Shown here one piece after another: positions 9,840 to 19,375 of a stretch of DNA of 64,000 nucleotides (position 1 is the stretch's first letter; every line of letters begins with the position of its first letter). The notes beneath the pieces were generated by a model. It was not told the DNA's origin and ran no database searches. It saw only the letters and a list, made by a program, of their open reading frames with translations. Source of the DNA: Candidatus Kaiserbacteria bacterium (GTDB taxonomy: Bacteria > Patescibacteriota > Minisyncoccia > Phycocordibacterales > UBA918); contig JANPCG010000010.1 of the NCBI GenBank assembly GCA_031430855.1, positions 35,714 through 99,713 on the forward strand, in the 5' to 3' direction. A program made the translations under genes and the position numbers.

Positions 9840-11162
9840 ATGGCAAAGCCGCTTATCACGTGTCGTGATCTTTCTATTATTTACAACAAAGGAAAGTCTA
9901 ACGAATTCCGTGCACTCCAAAATGTAAACACTGACATCTATGAAGGTGAGTATATTATTCTGTTCGGTGCGTCTGGCTCAGGGAAATCTACCCTGATGTA
10001 TTCAATTCAGGGCTCACTCCCACCGGGAGATGGGACGCTGCTTATTCGAGGTGATGATATTTACTCCTATCCGCCATCAGAGCGAGTTTATTTTCAACGG
10101 TACGTGATGGGTATTATCTTCCAGTCATTTAACCTGATTGGGTCGCTGTCAGTGCTCGACAATGTTGCTTTGCCACAAATTTTTTGTGATGTTGATAAAA
10201 CTACGCGCGATAGACGCGCCCAGTCACTTTTAGACCGCTTTGGGGTAGGTCATGTATCACACAAATTGCCCTCGATGCTCTCTGGAGGTCAGCAGCAACG
10301 TGTCTCGGTAGCTCGTTCGATGGTGAATGACCCAAAGATTTTGCTGGCGGACGAGCCGACGGGTAACCTTGACTCGGTTTCCACGCAGCAAGTAATGGAC
10401 AAAATTGATGAAATTAACACGTTTGATAGACGGACCATTATTATGGTGTCGCACAACGCTGCCCACTTAAGCTACGCCCACCGCGTGTATTACCTCAAAG
10501 ACGGCTTTGTCGTGCGTGAAGTGGTAAATCCACAACGAAAACAAATTAAACCAGTGCGAGAAGGGGAGACAATTGTAACCGAACTCGAACAATTAGCGCG
10601 GTTATTTCCCTACGATTCAGTTGAGACGCTTCGGGTCAAGAGTTTGGTGAATTATTTAACTCAGGATTACACCTTTAATCAACTAAATCGTTTAGAACGG
10701 GCTGTTGCTTACTTTATAAATGGAAAGATTGACCGTGACTCTTTTGTAAAAGCCCTGATTCTCCCGGCTGAACAGGGTGGAGTCGAAATGCCTGAGTTTA
10801 AAGCGAAGCAGATGGCCAAACAAAGTGAAATTTTAATCCATCAATCAGACGATATTCGTCGTTTCCGGGCCAAAAAAGACAATCCAGGAGTATTTTTTGA
10901 TCAACATAAACTTGCCGAGCGATTAAAAGATCATGTATTACATATATATCGAATAAAGATGAGTAAAGAAATGGATGATAATCTGACTGAATTAATTGCT
11001 GACCGTGTTACCGGAGTAATTGAGGAAAGTGAATTCAATGCCAAGTTAATGGTAGGAGTGCGACAACATGGGCTGGCACTATCAGAAAAGGAAGCCGACG
11101 AAGTAACTCGTTATTTTGAAAAATTAATTGCGCAAGGGGTGGATGTGAGTTACAAGAGCTAA
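9840..11162 (+). CDS. LolD/MacB-type ABC ATPase with ~210-aa C-terminal extension
   Basis: Walker A GASGSGKST, LSGGQQQRV, LLADEPTGNLD, H-loop VSHN. Confidence 0.9.
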   Translation: MAKPLITCRDLSIIYNKGKSNEFRALQNVNTDIYEGEYIILFGASGSGKSTLMYSIQGSLPPGDGTLLIRGDDIYSYPPSERVYFQRYVMGIIFQSFNLIGSLSVLDNVALPQIFCDVDKTTRDRRAQSLLDRFGVGHVSHKLPSMLSGGQQQRVSVARSMVNDPKILLADEPTGNLDSVSTQQVMDKIDEINTFDRRTIIMVSHNAAHLSYAHRVYYLKDGFVVREVVNPQRKQIKPVREGETIVTELEQLARLFPYDSVETLRVKSLVNYLTQDYTFNQLNRLERAVAYFINGKIDRDSFVKALILPAEQGGVEMPEFKAKQMAKQSEILIHQSDDIRRFRAKKDNPGVFFDQHKLAERLKDHVLHIYRIKMSKEMDDNLTELIADRVTGVIEESEFNAKLMVGVRQHGLALSEKEADEVTRYFEKLIAQGVDVSYKS

Positions 11163-11318
11163 AGAGAAGATGGAATATTGAATAGGGAAGAAAGAAAATA
11201 AAATAATCAAAAGTGAATAATGAGTCTTTTACTATTTTGTAAATGGTATTATTTAATTATGTAAATTGGAGGTATACACCCGAAAGTATTTTTGTGTGTG
11301 TCACCCTCAATATTAATT

Positions 11319-12527
11319 ATGCGAATTCAAGATCTTGCACAACTTTCCACTCGAATGTTCAAAACGAATCCACTGCGTACGTGGTTAACTATTTTAGGTA
11401 TGGGTGTAGGAACCGGGGCAGTAGTAATTTTGGTGGGTCTGGGGTTTGGTTTGCAGCAAATTATTTTGGAACAAATTGTGTTCGGAGAAACCCTACTTTC
11501 ACTTGGTGTATCCGCTACCGGGGCGCAAAACCTTAAATTAACAGCTGAAACGGTTACCCAATTTGAAACTAAGCCGGAAGTTCTTGATGCTGCTCCCTTA
11601 GCTCGGTTCCCAGCGCTCGTTACTTACAAAGGACTCACCGGTAATGTGTTTATTCAAGGTGTAGAACCACCATATCTACGGTACGCTGGAGTCACCGCTA
11701 CTGCGGGTACTGTTTTTACCGATGCTGATGCAGCAGACACTAACTCGGTCATGCTCTCACCCGCGGTACTCAAATTATTCGGGATTGAAGATCCAAAAAG
11801 TTTCGTGGGGCAAAAAGTCGCCTTTCGAATTTTAATTCCCGCTGAAGATGGGACTGATACTAATACTGAAATTCTGATCGAAAAAGAATATACCGTCCGC
11901 GGCATTACCAAAGAAGAAGGAGTCTTGAATGCCATGATGATGTTACCTGAGTTACGGAACTATGTCGGTATTGAGGAGTATGAGCGTATTCAAGTTCGGG
12001 TTGATACCAATGAAAATTTACCCTTAGTAGAAAAACAACTGATTGAAGAAGGGTATCGCGTAACCGCGCTCTCAAAGACTGTTGAGCAAGCCTCAAAAAT
12101 TTTCCAGGGTGTACAGGCAGTGCTGGCTACCTTCGGAGGGATTGCGCTCCTAGTATCTGCAATTGGAATGTTTAATACGATGACGGTGACTCTCCTCGAG
12201 CGTACCAAAGAGATTGGAATTATGCGCACTATTGGTGCCTCTCCAAACGATGTAAAGTATCTCTTCGTATCAGAATCTGTGGTGGTGGGCTTTATGGGTG
12301 GGGTTACTGGAGTAGCTATGGGAGTAGCGTTAGGATTGGCAGTTAATTTGTTTTTAAATATTGTAGCTGGTCAATTTGGTGGACAGTCAGTGAGACTATT
12401 CTCATTTCCCTTAGGCTTCCTGACATTCATTATTGTTTTTTCGGCAGGTGTGGGGTATCTCACTGGAATTTTCCCGGCACGGCGGGCATCGTCACTTAAT
12501 CCGCTTGACGCGATTCGGTATGAATAG
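11319..12527 (+). CDS. MacB/FtsX-family ABC permease
   Basis: RTWLTILGMGVG, extracytoplasmic domain, LERTKEIGIMRTIGAS, PARRASSLNPLDAIRYE. ATG 11319 preferred over 11292. Confidence 0.9.
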   Translation: MRIQDLAQLSTRMFKTNPLRTWLTILGMGVGTGAVVILVGLGFGLQQIILEQIVFGETLLSLGVSATGAQNLKLTAETVTQFETKPEVLDAAPLARFPALVTYKGLTGNVFIQGVEPPYLRYAGVTATAGTVFTDADAADTNSVMLSPAVLKLFGIEDPKSFVGQKVAFRILIPAEDGTDTNTEILIEKEYTVRGITKEEGVLNAMMMLPELRNYVGIEEYERIQVRVDTNENLPLVEKQLIEEGYRVTALSKTVEQASKIFQGVQAVLATFGGIALLVSAIGMFNTMTVTLLERTKEIGIMRTIGASPNDVKYLFVSESVVVGFMGGVTGVAMGVALGLAVNLFLNIVAGQFGGQSVRLFSFPLGFLTFIIVFSAGVGYLTGIFPARRASSLNPLDAIRYE

Positions 12528-12536
12528 TGTGTATAA
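12528..12536 (-). promoter_or_regulatory. DnaA-box consensus (TTATACACA)
   Basis: tgtgtataa, 50 bp upstream of the 624-aa gene. Confidence 0.4.
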
Positions 12537-12586
12537 CTTAGGGTATAAGTGTGTGAGTATCAGCTAAAATATAGTAGTAAATTATT

Positions 12587-14461
12587 ATGACGTACAACAA
12601 TCAAAACCTACCGCAGTATGTAGAGACTGCCGGAAAAATCACCGTTTTAACAGCTTTATCAGGAGTATTAATCTTTGCGTTTGTTTTTATACTAAACGTC
12701 GGAAAAACAGAACTTAATCGAGTTGAAGCGCAAGGTCTTGCGACGACGACACTTACCGTATTGAACACGCCACCAACGTGGACGACTGGTCAGGAAGGAC
12801 GTGAGGAGTTTGAGTCATCAACCTCAACACCAACCAATTCAGGTAGTCAGATTTCATGGGTGGCAAATGCAACTGATGCAAATAACGCTCCATACTACCT
12901 ACTTATCTGTAGTGGCAGTGCTTCACCAACCGCAAACGCTTCGGCGCCACCATCATGCGTTGGTGGTACTCAGTGGGCCGTTTCAACATCAACAGTGAGT
13001 GGGCAAAATGCCCGAGCTGCAACTACTACTACCGAAATTGCTCCGTTTGGTGAACAAAACGCTTGGTATGCTTGGATTTGTGACTTCGATACTAACTCAC
13101 GCTGTAACAATGTCTCTTTCCAGGGAATTAATGCCACTAACTCTTCACCATTTGCGGTCAACAAGCGACCTACCTTTACCGCATTTGGTAACAGTGGAGC
13201 GACACCACCAGGTGGCACCATTACGTTCTTCTCTACTTCATCTGATGCTGACATTGCTGATGACGACCGTATTTACTTGATTGTTTGTGGAACTGCGTCA
13301 TACAGTACAACGACAAATACCTGTGGTGTTGGAGACACCCTAGCATCTTCTTCAGTATCCTTTGCGCTTAATAATGCGACAACATCTCGAATTCTTGCGA
13401 GTATACTGCAAGATACGAACTACAATGCCTTTCCCTATGTCTTCGATCAACACGGTCACAGTGCTTCGGGTGGTGCACAAGGTGTAAACGTAGCATTCAC
13501 CGTTTTGAACGTAGCGCCAACCGTGGCTGGGGGAACCATCTCACTAAATCAAGGGAGCAACATGACGTTAACGAACCCTGGCGGTCAAACGACTGGATTT
13601 AGACTCGACTTCGTAGTGGCTGACGCTAACAGTTGTGACGCCTTTGGAGGAGCTGCCGCTGATGAAGTTACTGGCTACGTTGCCTCAGTTTTCAGAAGTT
13701 CAGTTGGTACTACTACTTGTAATGGTGCAGCTGGGTCCTACAATGCAAACAATTGTTATCCAAGTGGAATCGGATCTACAACCTGGAATCTCTCATGTAC
13801 TGCTTCAACCACCAGTTGCGCCGGAAGTAGTGATGATACAATCAACTACAGTTGTACGTTCCCACTCTGGTTTATTGCTGACCCGACGGACGGAACTCCG
13901 TTTGCCGCCTCAAGTACTCCTTTCTCAGCCCAAAACTGGTCAGCAGGAGTAGCTGGTATCGATGATGACTTTGCAACTGGCAGTATGGCCACTAATACCT
14001 CACCCGTTGAAGTGAATAGCTTGGTCGCTATAAACATGCTATCTAACCTCATTACGTATCCAAACCTTGAATCGGGTAGTAACATGCCATTCCTAACTTC
14101 AACCAGCAGTCTCTCAAACTTTGGTAACACAGGACTCAATCAAATCTTATTTGGAGACTCAATGTGTGGTACGTATTCTATAAGTAATCCATGTCCCGTT
14201 TCTGCTAGTTCAACTATCCCGGTAACTGAGCAGCGATATGGAGCCACAAGTACTGCTGTGTATGGAGCAGGGACATCTCTTGGAGCTTCAACGTCACCGG
14301 CCACATTTACCATTCAAATTCCTAAATCAACGGCAACGAGTACACCAACATCAGGGACTACCTATTGGGGTATTCGGGTACCGGTAGCAATTACACTTTC
14401 GGGTGCGTATACCGGTCGAAACACCTTCATTGGAGCGGTGTCAGCCAGTACGACCTGGTAG
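12587..14461 (+). CDS. Cys-rich secreted structural protein, putative fibre subunit class A
   Basis: N-terminal hydrophobic segment then VEA. C-terminal ~300 aa match the C-terminus of the first giant (RSSxG..C..NNCY, ADxTD, SNxGN, YWGIxVP, GxNxF). Confidence 0.75.
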   Translation: MTYNNQNLPQYVETAGKITVLTALSGVLIFAFVFILNVGKTELNRVEAQGLATTTLTVLNTPPTWTTGQEGREEFESSTSTPTNSGSQISWVANATDANNAPYYLLICSGSASPTANASAPPSCVGGTQWAVSTSTVSGQNARAATTTTEIAPFGEQNAWYAWICDFDTNSRCNNVSFQGINATNSSPFAVNKRPTFTAFGNSGATPPGGTITFFSTSSDADIADDDRIYLIVCGTASYSTTTNTCGVGDTLASSSVSFALNNATTSRILASILQDTNYNAFPYVFDQHGHSASGGAQGVNVAFTVLNVAPTVAGGTISLNQGSNMTLTNPGGQTTGFRLDFVVADANSCDAFGGAAADEVTGYVASVFRSSVGTTTCNGAAGSYNANNCYPSGIGSTTWNLSCTASTTSCAGSSDDTINYSCTFPLWFIADPTDGTPFAASSTPFSAQNWSAGVAGIDDDFATGSMATNTSPVEVNSLVAINMLSNLITYPNLESGSNMPFLTSTSSLSNFGNTGLNQILFGDSMCGTYSISNPCPVSASSTIPVTEQRYGATSTAVYGAGTSLGASTSPATFTIQIPKSTATSTPTSGTTYWGIRVPVAITLSGAYTGRNTFIGAVSASTTW

Positions 14462-14475
14462 AATCTACGAATTAT

Positions 14476-14520
14476 AAAAGCAACCTGCCACTGTTATCCA
14501 ACAGTGGCAGGTTGCTTTTT
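14476..14520 (+). terminator. Intrinsic terminator
   Basis: aaaagcaacctgccactgtt-atcc-aacagtggcaggttgcttttt. Confidence 0.85.
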
Positions 14521-14552
14521 ATTCAAATATTTTTGATAATAGAAGAACTTGC

Positions 14553-15512
14553 ATGCAGATAACTATTTCCACAGCGTTTATTCGTGTTGTTACCATTGCT
14601 GTAATTCTCTACGTTACCTTTGGAGCCGTCGCTGCGCACGCCGGATTTGGGATTACACCACCCTATGTACGTAACACGAGCTTGACGCGAAATTCTACCT
14701 ATGAACAACAAATCCTTCTGGTACGTGGTGATCCAAATGAACCATTAAATGCAGTCATTACTGTTGATGCGCCTGAGATTCAAGACTGGATCGAGATCGT
14801 AGAGGGTACCACAATTTTGATGCCTCGGGGTGAACAAAAAGTTACCATGACCGTGCGTATTAAAGTTCCTGAAGATGCAAACTTTCAAGAGTATGCGGGA
14901 AAAATTCGTATCAAAACTGAACCAACCGACGATCAGGTAGCGCAAGGAGTAGTGAGTATTTCTTTAGGTGCCCAGGTTGATATTAACGTAAACGTAATTG
15001 ACAGAGTAATCGAGGACTTTAGGGTTCGACGTATCTCTGTACTTGATTTAAATGAAGGCCATAAAGTTGGCTGGCTATATTTCCCGGGTAAAATTCAATT
15101 TTCAATGTCGATAGAGAATACTGGTAATATAGAAATTGCTCCGTCAAAAGTCCAGTTTAGAATATTTGATAGAACGGGAGCAGTATTACTTGAGGAAACG
15201 ACCCATAAAGGAAAACTCAATAAAATTGCACCATATCTTACTGGTGATATAACTTCAGAATTGCCAACCAGGCTTCCTCCAGGTAGTTATATGGCTCGGT
15301 ACAGTATATTTAATGGAGATGAGATAAAACAAGAAGGTGAGCTTAACCTCAGTATTCTACCGTACGGTACCCTTCAGACGTCTGGATTTGGCTTTAGCGG
15401 GCTTTCTGTCCCACACAAGCTATCATTACTCCTTCCAATCTTTGCTCTCCTAATCTTCATTCTCTACACAATTTACAATCGACGACTTCGGCGCAAAATG
15501 AGAGTGAAATAA
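14553..15512 (+). CDS. Membrane-anchored DUF916/DUF3324-like protein
   Basis: Signal peptide, GITPP, VPEDA..EY.GKI, IENTGNIEIAP, C-terminal TM and RRLRRKMR tail. Confidence 0.65.
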   Translation: MQITISTAFIRVVTIAVILYVTFGAVAAHAGFGITPPYVRNTSLTRNSTYEQQILLVRGDPNEPLNAVITVDAPEIQDWIEIVEGTTILMPRGEQKVTMTVRIKVPEDANFQEYAGKIRIKTEPTDDQVAQGVVSISLGAQVDINVNVIDRVIEDFRVRRISVLDLNEGHKVGWLYFPGKIQFSMSIENTGNIEIAPSKVQFRIFDRTGAVLLEETTHKGKLNKIAPYLTGDITSELPTRLPPGSYMARYSIFNGDEIKQEGELNLSILPYGTLQTSGFGFSGLSVPHKLSLLLPIFALLIFILYTIYNRRLRRKMRVK

Positions 15513-15515
15513 ATA

Positions 15516-16637
15516 ATGCCTATGTATGAAAAGCTTACAGCACTCATACTGGGCATACTGATACTCGAGACATTTACGAGTACCAGAGTGTATGCAGTAG
15601 AAATCTTTACCGCTACGACGACGATTAACCTCAGTATTTGCGGAAATTCACTTGTTGATATTGGTGAACAATGTGACATTCCTGGCGAACTTGGGGTTTA
15701 CAGTACTACTATTGTTGGAAGACAGTGTTCTCCTGCGTGTCGTTTTGGTGCCTATTGTGGTGACGGTATTTTGCAAACGCAATTTTCTGAAGAATGTGAC
15801 GATGCCAATAATGATAGTGGCGACTTTTGTTCTGCTACCTGTACGATTGAACCGGCCGGGTCAGGAGGAGGAGGTTCCTCGGGAGGTGGTGGGTCACGCG
15901 GTGGAGGGACGCGAGATGTTGGAGGAACTCAAATTAGTATTACCGGTTTAGGCTATCCGAACCAGACGATTAACTTCTTACTCGATACTCGTTCAATTGG
16001 TTCAGTGCGAGCCAATACAGCGGGTCGCTTTGAATTTACTGCAGAAGCTTCACCCGGCACCGCCACCCTAGGAGTCTGGGCACAGGACAGTAGTGGTCGG
16101 AGATCTATTACCTTAAACAATACGTTTGATGTAACACAGGGGGCGGTAACAAATGTATCAGGTTTAATTTTACCTCCAACAATTTCTGTTCCAAGTCCTA
16201 ATATTATTCCCGGCAGTTCACTTGTCATCTCTGGACAAGCGATTCCGTCTGCAAAAGTTGATATCCACTTTAATAATAACGAAATTGTAGAATCAACGAA
16301 TAGTGCTGTTGATGGTCGATACACACTTACATTTAACACCACGCGACTGCGTAATGCTGAGTATGCAATTAAGGCCCGCTCAGTCACCGGAACGGCACCA
16401 CTTTTAACTCAGAGTGGATTTAGTAGTTTGCTCCAACTGTTTGTTGGTGTAGATGGTAAACCAACCACCTCATCAGATCTTAACCGTGACGGTAGTGTGA
16501 ATCTGATCGACTTTTCGATTTTAATTTTCTGGTGGCAAACTCCTGGTGGTGACTCTGAACCTCCGGCTGACATAAACAGTAATGGACGGGTTAGTCTGGA
16601 GGATTTCTCAATCCTACTCTTTAACTGGACCGGCTAG
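15516..16637 (+). CDS. Secreted protein: myxococcal-type Cys-rich repeats, Gly linker, Ig-like domains, C-terminal dockerin-like module
   Basis: CGNSLVDIGEQCD, CGDGILQ...EECDD...CSATC. Duplicated Ca loops DLNRDGSVNLIDFSIL and DINSNGRVSLEDFSIL. Confidence 0.8.
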   Translation: MPMYEKLTALILGILILETFTSTRVYAVEIFTATTTINLSICGNSLVDIGEQCDIPGELGVYSTTIVGRQCSPACRFGAYCGDGILQTQFSEECDDANNDSGDFCSATCTIEPAGSGGGGSSGGGGSRGGGTRDVGGTQISITGLGYPNQTINFLLDTRSIGSVRANTAGRFEFTAEASPGTATLGVWAQDSSGRRSITLNNTFDVTQGAVTNVSGLILPPTISVPSPNIIPGSSLVISGQAIPSAKVDIHFNNNEIVESTNSAVDGRYTLTFNTTRLRNAEYAIKARSVTGTAPLLTQSGFSSLLQLFVGVDGKPTTSSDLNRDGSVNLIDFSILIFWWQTPGGDSEPPADINSNGRVSLEDFSILLFNWTG

Positions 16638-16673
16638 TATCTTGTTAATGTTTCTTCATTTAAACTGGACAGG

Positions 16674-16798
16674 CTAGAACTCTTGAAAATAAGTTATGAC
16701 TTTGTTGTGCTACACTCGAATATTTTTATCGTATATTAAATACGCCTCAATTATTCTCACTAGCACGCCTCGTCAAAACTCATTTTGAAGCGTTCTAG
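16674..16798. repeat. ~125-bp CTAG-bounded palindromic element (same family as 9454)
   Basis: ctagaactcttgaaaataagttatgac pairs with gtcaaaactcattttgaagcgttctag. Apical cgtat-attaa-atacg. Confidence 0.7.
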
Positions 16799-16806
16799 AA
16801 AAAATT

Positions 16807-16815
16807 TGTGTATAA
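16807..16815 (-). promoter_or_regulatory. DnaA-box consensus (TTATACACA)
   Basis: tgtgtataa upstream of a TACAAT -10-like hexamer at 16843. Confidence 0.4.
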
Positions 16816-16854
16816 GTTTAGCGAAAAAAAATTCCGACACGTTACAATGATTTT

Positions 16855-17080
16855 GTACTGATGTTGGAGGTATCAATTTATCGATACTGCAAGTGCCACG
16901 TAAGTGGTATTTGGGCGCTTCAGCCAAGCGTTACAGCATGAGTATGTTTACATTCTTCTATAGGTAGTCGGTGTGGAGACTGACTGCTGGTATTGGCACA
17001 TTTATGTACCAATAGCACGACAAATGACTCTTTGTACAGCATTTGGAAGTGCAGTGTAAGCTAATACAACGTAGAGCCAT
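16855..17080 (+). ncRNA. Candidate structured 5' leader RNA
   Basis: At least five consecutive hairpins, e.g. agtgccac-gtaa-gtggtatt, gtagtcggt-gtggag-actgactgc, tattggcaca-ttta-tgtaccaata. Confidence 0.45.
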
Positions 17081-18232
17081 ATGAGTAGAACGAATACCAC
17101 GTTCGGACTACTCCAAGCCGCAGCTTTGACATTAGGACTGGCGATCATTTTATGGTCACTCGGACTGCCGTCGTTCCGCTTTGCGGAAGCTGCAAATGTC
17201 ACGTCGTTAAGCGACACACTCTCTGATTCCGCTCCTTCGGTTGGAGCAAATCATACAATCTCTTTTGTTACGCCAACTGGTGTAGCAAATGGACAAACCG
17301 TCGTTGTGGACTTTTCTAACGGCCCGTTTGTAGTAGGTACTGTCGATTTTACAGATATTGATGTCATTGATGGCACCACTAATCTCTCGGTCGCAACCAA
17401 CTGCTCTGGCGCACAAGAAACCAGTGCTGCGTTTTCAGGAACAACTCTCACGGTTACATTTTGTAGCGGTGATGGAGCAGAAATCCTTCCTAATGGTACA
17501 ACTACCATCTTGATTGGAACAAATGCCACCTTTGGAGTTGCGGGAAATGCACAGCTCACAAATCCGACTGTTGGATCGTATGAAATCAATCTAACTGCTG
17601 GCGCAAGTGATTCGGGTTCTACTCGAGTTGCAATTATTGCACCAGTTATCGTTACTGCAGCCGTTGATACCAGCTTTACGTTTACCGTAGCTGGACTTCC
17701 TGGCGCAGGAACAGTAAATCAAGAGCCAATCACCGGTAGTTCGACGGCAACAACAATTCCATTTGGAACGCTGGTTGCAAACTCTGCTTCAACGGCAGCG
17801 CAGCAATTAACCGTTCAAACCAATGCTAGTTATGGCTATGCTGTAACAGTACAGGTGGATCAGCAGTTAACGTCATCGACCGGAGCAGACATTGACGGAT
17901 TTGCTAATGGAACGTATACCTCAAATCCGATTGCATGGTCACAGCCATCAGAAAGTATTAGTAACGAAGATACCTGGGGACACTGGGGTCTTACGTCAGA
18001 CGATGCAACTTTTGGTCTCAGTGATCCATTTGACGCAGCAGGAACAGGCCAATTATTCGTATCTGCTTCAACCACACCGGTAGAAGTAATGCGTCATAAT
18101 GGTCCAGCTGATGGGGTAACGCAAAACATTGGTCTCGCCAAAGTAGGCTACACCGTAGAGATTTCTCCGCTACAAGAAGCAGGGAATGACTACACCGCTA
18201 CGCTGACATACGTAGCAACCCCAGTGTTCTAA
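17081..18232 (+). CDS. Secreted structural protein, putative fibre subunit class B (WxL-like C-terminus)
   Basis: Signal peptide (AEA). C-terminal domain TIPFGTL...TNASYGY...QEAGNDYTATLTYVATPVF. Confidence 0.75.
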   Translation: MSRTNTTFGLLQAAALTLGLAIILWSLGLPSFRFAEAANVTSLSDTLSDSAPSVGANHTISFVTPTGVANGQTVVVDFSNGPFVVGTVDFTDIDVIDGTTNLSVATNCSGAQETSAAFSGTTLTVTFCSGDGAEILPNGTTTILIGTNATFGVAGNAQLTNPTVGSYEINLTAGASDSGSTRVAIIAPVIVTAAVDTSFTFTVAGLPGAGTVNQEPITGSSTATTIPFGTLVANSASTAAQQLTVQTNASYGYAVTVQVDQQLTSSTGADIDGFANGTYTSNPIAWSQPSESISNEDTWGHWGLTSDDATFGLSDPFDAAGTGQLFVSASTTPVEVMRHNGPADGVTQNIGLAKVGYTVEISPLQEAGNDYTATLTYVATPVF

Positions 18233-18261
18233 AGAATATTGGTCCAAGCTTGGAGTAATAC

Positions 18262-18302
18262 AGCAAAAAACCCTATCTCCCACCACGAGTAGGGTTTTTG
18301 CT
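18262..18302 (+). terminator. Intrinsic terminator
   Basis: agcaaaaaacccta...tagggtttttgct. Confidence 0.75.
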
Positions 18303-18352
18303 TTGTGTACAAAGTGAGTCTTTTTGTATCGCTAATACGATATACTATCGGA

Positions 18353-19369
18353 ATGAAGAGTATTCTCTGTGGAGTTATTGGTATGTGGTTTTTTATGTCG
18401 GGAACAACCTTTGCGGCAACGTTATATATAGATCCAAATAATGCCGAACTAAACCGAGGGGACTCAATTACAGTTGCCGTGAGACTTGATACTGATGAAG
18501 CGGCGGGGGAATGTATTAATGCAGTAGATGGAGTAATTACGTACAGTGAGTCTATTGTCGCAGATGATATTTCAATTGGCGAGTCAATTTTCCCGGTCTG
18601 GGTTGAGATGCCAACAATCAATAAAGAAAATCGGACGATCACGTTTGCTGGTGGTATTCCTAATGGCTATTGTGGTCGCGTACAAGGAGATCCTAATTTA
18701 ACTAATACGGTGGTTGAATTAGTATTTCGTTCACCAGGAATGCAGGTGGGTGGTGGATCAGAACGGACGGCCGCTTTAATACAATTTACTGATCAAACCA
18801 CTGCGTATTTAAATGATGGACTTGGTACCAAAGCGCGTTTAGAAAAATATGGAACAACCGTGTCGCTTTCTCCAGATGTCGGAACTGAGATTATAGATAC
18901 GTGGCGAGAAGAGGTTCAGGCAGATACGTTCCTACCAGAAGCGTTTAGTATTTCCCTCGAGCAAGATGAAAATACCTTTGATGGTAACGCCTATATTGTT
19001 TTTAATACGACAGACAAGCAAACCGGTATCAGTCATTATGAAGTGATCGAAGAAAATAGTAGGGAATCAAAACTCTTTAGTTTTGGTGCCGCAAATACTC
19101 CTTGGGAAAAGACGAGAAGCCCCTATGTACTCAAAGACCAATCTCTCAATAGTTTGATTCGGGTACGAGCAATAGACAAAGCCGGTAATGAATACATCGC
19201 AACTTTTATGCCTGATGAATCAATGCGAAAAGCAGCACCAATAAATTTTATAGTGATAGGAATTCTCACTGTTGTGACGTTGCTCATTTTTGCCATCATG
19301 GTGAGCCTTGGTATGCGTAAGCGTAGAAAGAAGCGTGTCATTCATGAAACAGTACCAAGCACAAAATAA
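18353..19369 (+). CDS. Cohesin-like domain protein with C-terminal membrane anchor
   Basis: ATLYIDP...GDSITVAVRLD...INAVDG...SIFPVWVE.P...ITFAGGIPNGY. TM then RKRRKKR. ATG 18353 lies 6 nt after TATACT. Confidence 0.75.
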   Translation: MKSILCGVIGMWFFMSGTTFAATLYIDPNNAELNRGDSITVAVRLDTDEAAGECINAVDGVITYSESIVADDISIGESIFPVWVEMPTINKENRTITFAGGIPNGYCGRVQGDPNLTNTVVELVFRSPGMQVGGGSERTAALIQFTDQTTAYLNDGLGTKARLEKYGTTVSLSPDVGTEIIDTWREEVQADTFLPEAFSISLEQDENTFDGNAYIVFNTTDKQTGISHYEVIEENSRESKLFSFGAANTPWEKTRSPYVLKDQSLNSLIRVRAIDKAGNEYIATFMPDESMRKAAPINFIVIGILTVVTLLIFAIMVSLGMRKRRKKRVIHETVPSTK

Positions 19370-19375
19370 ATATTT

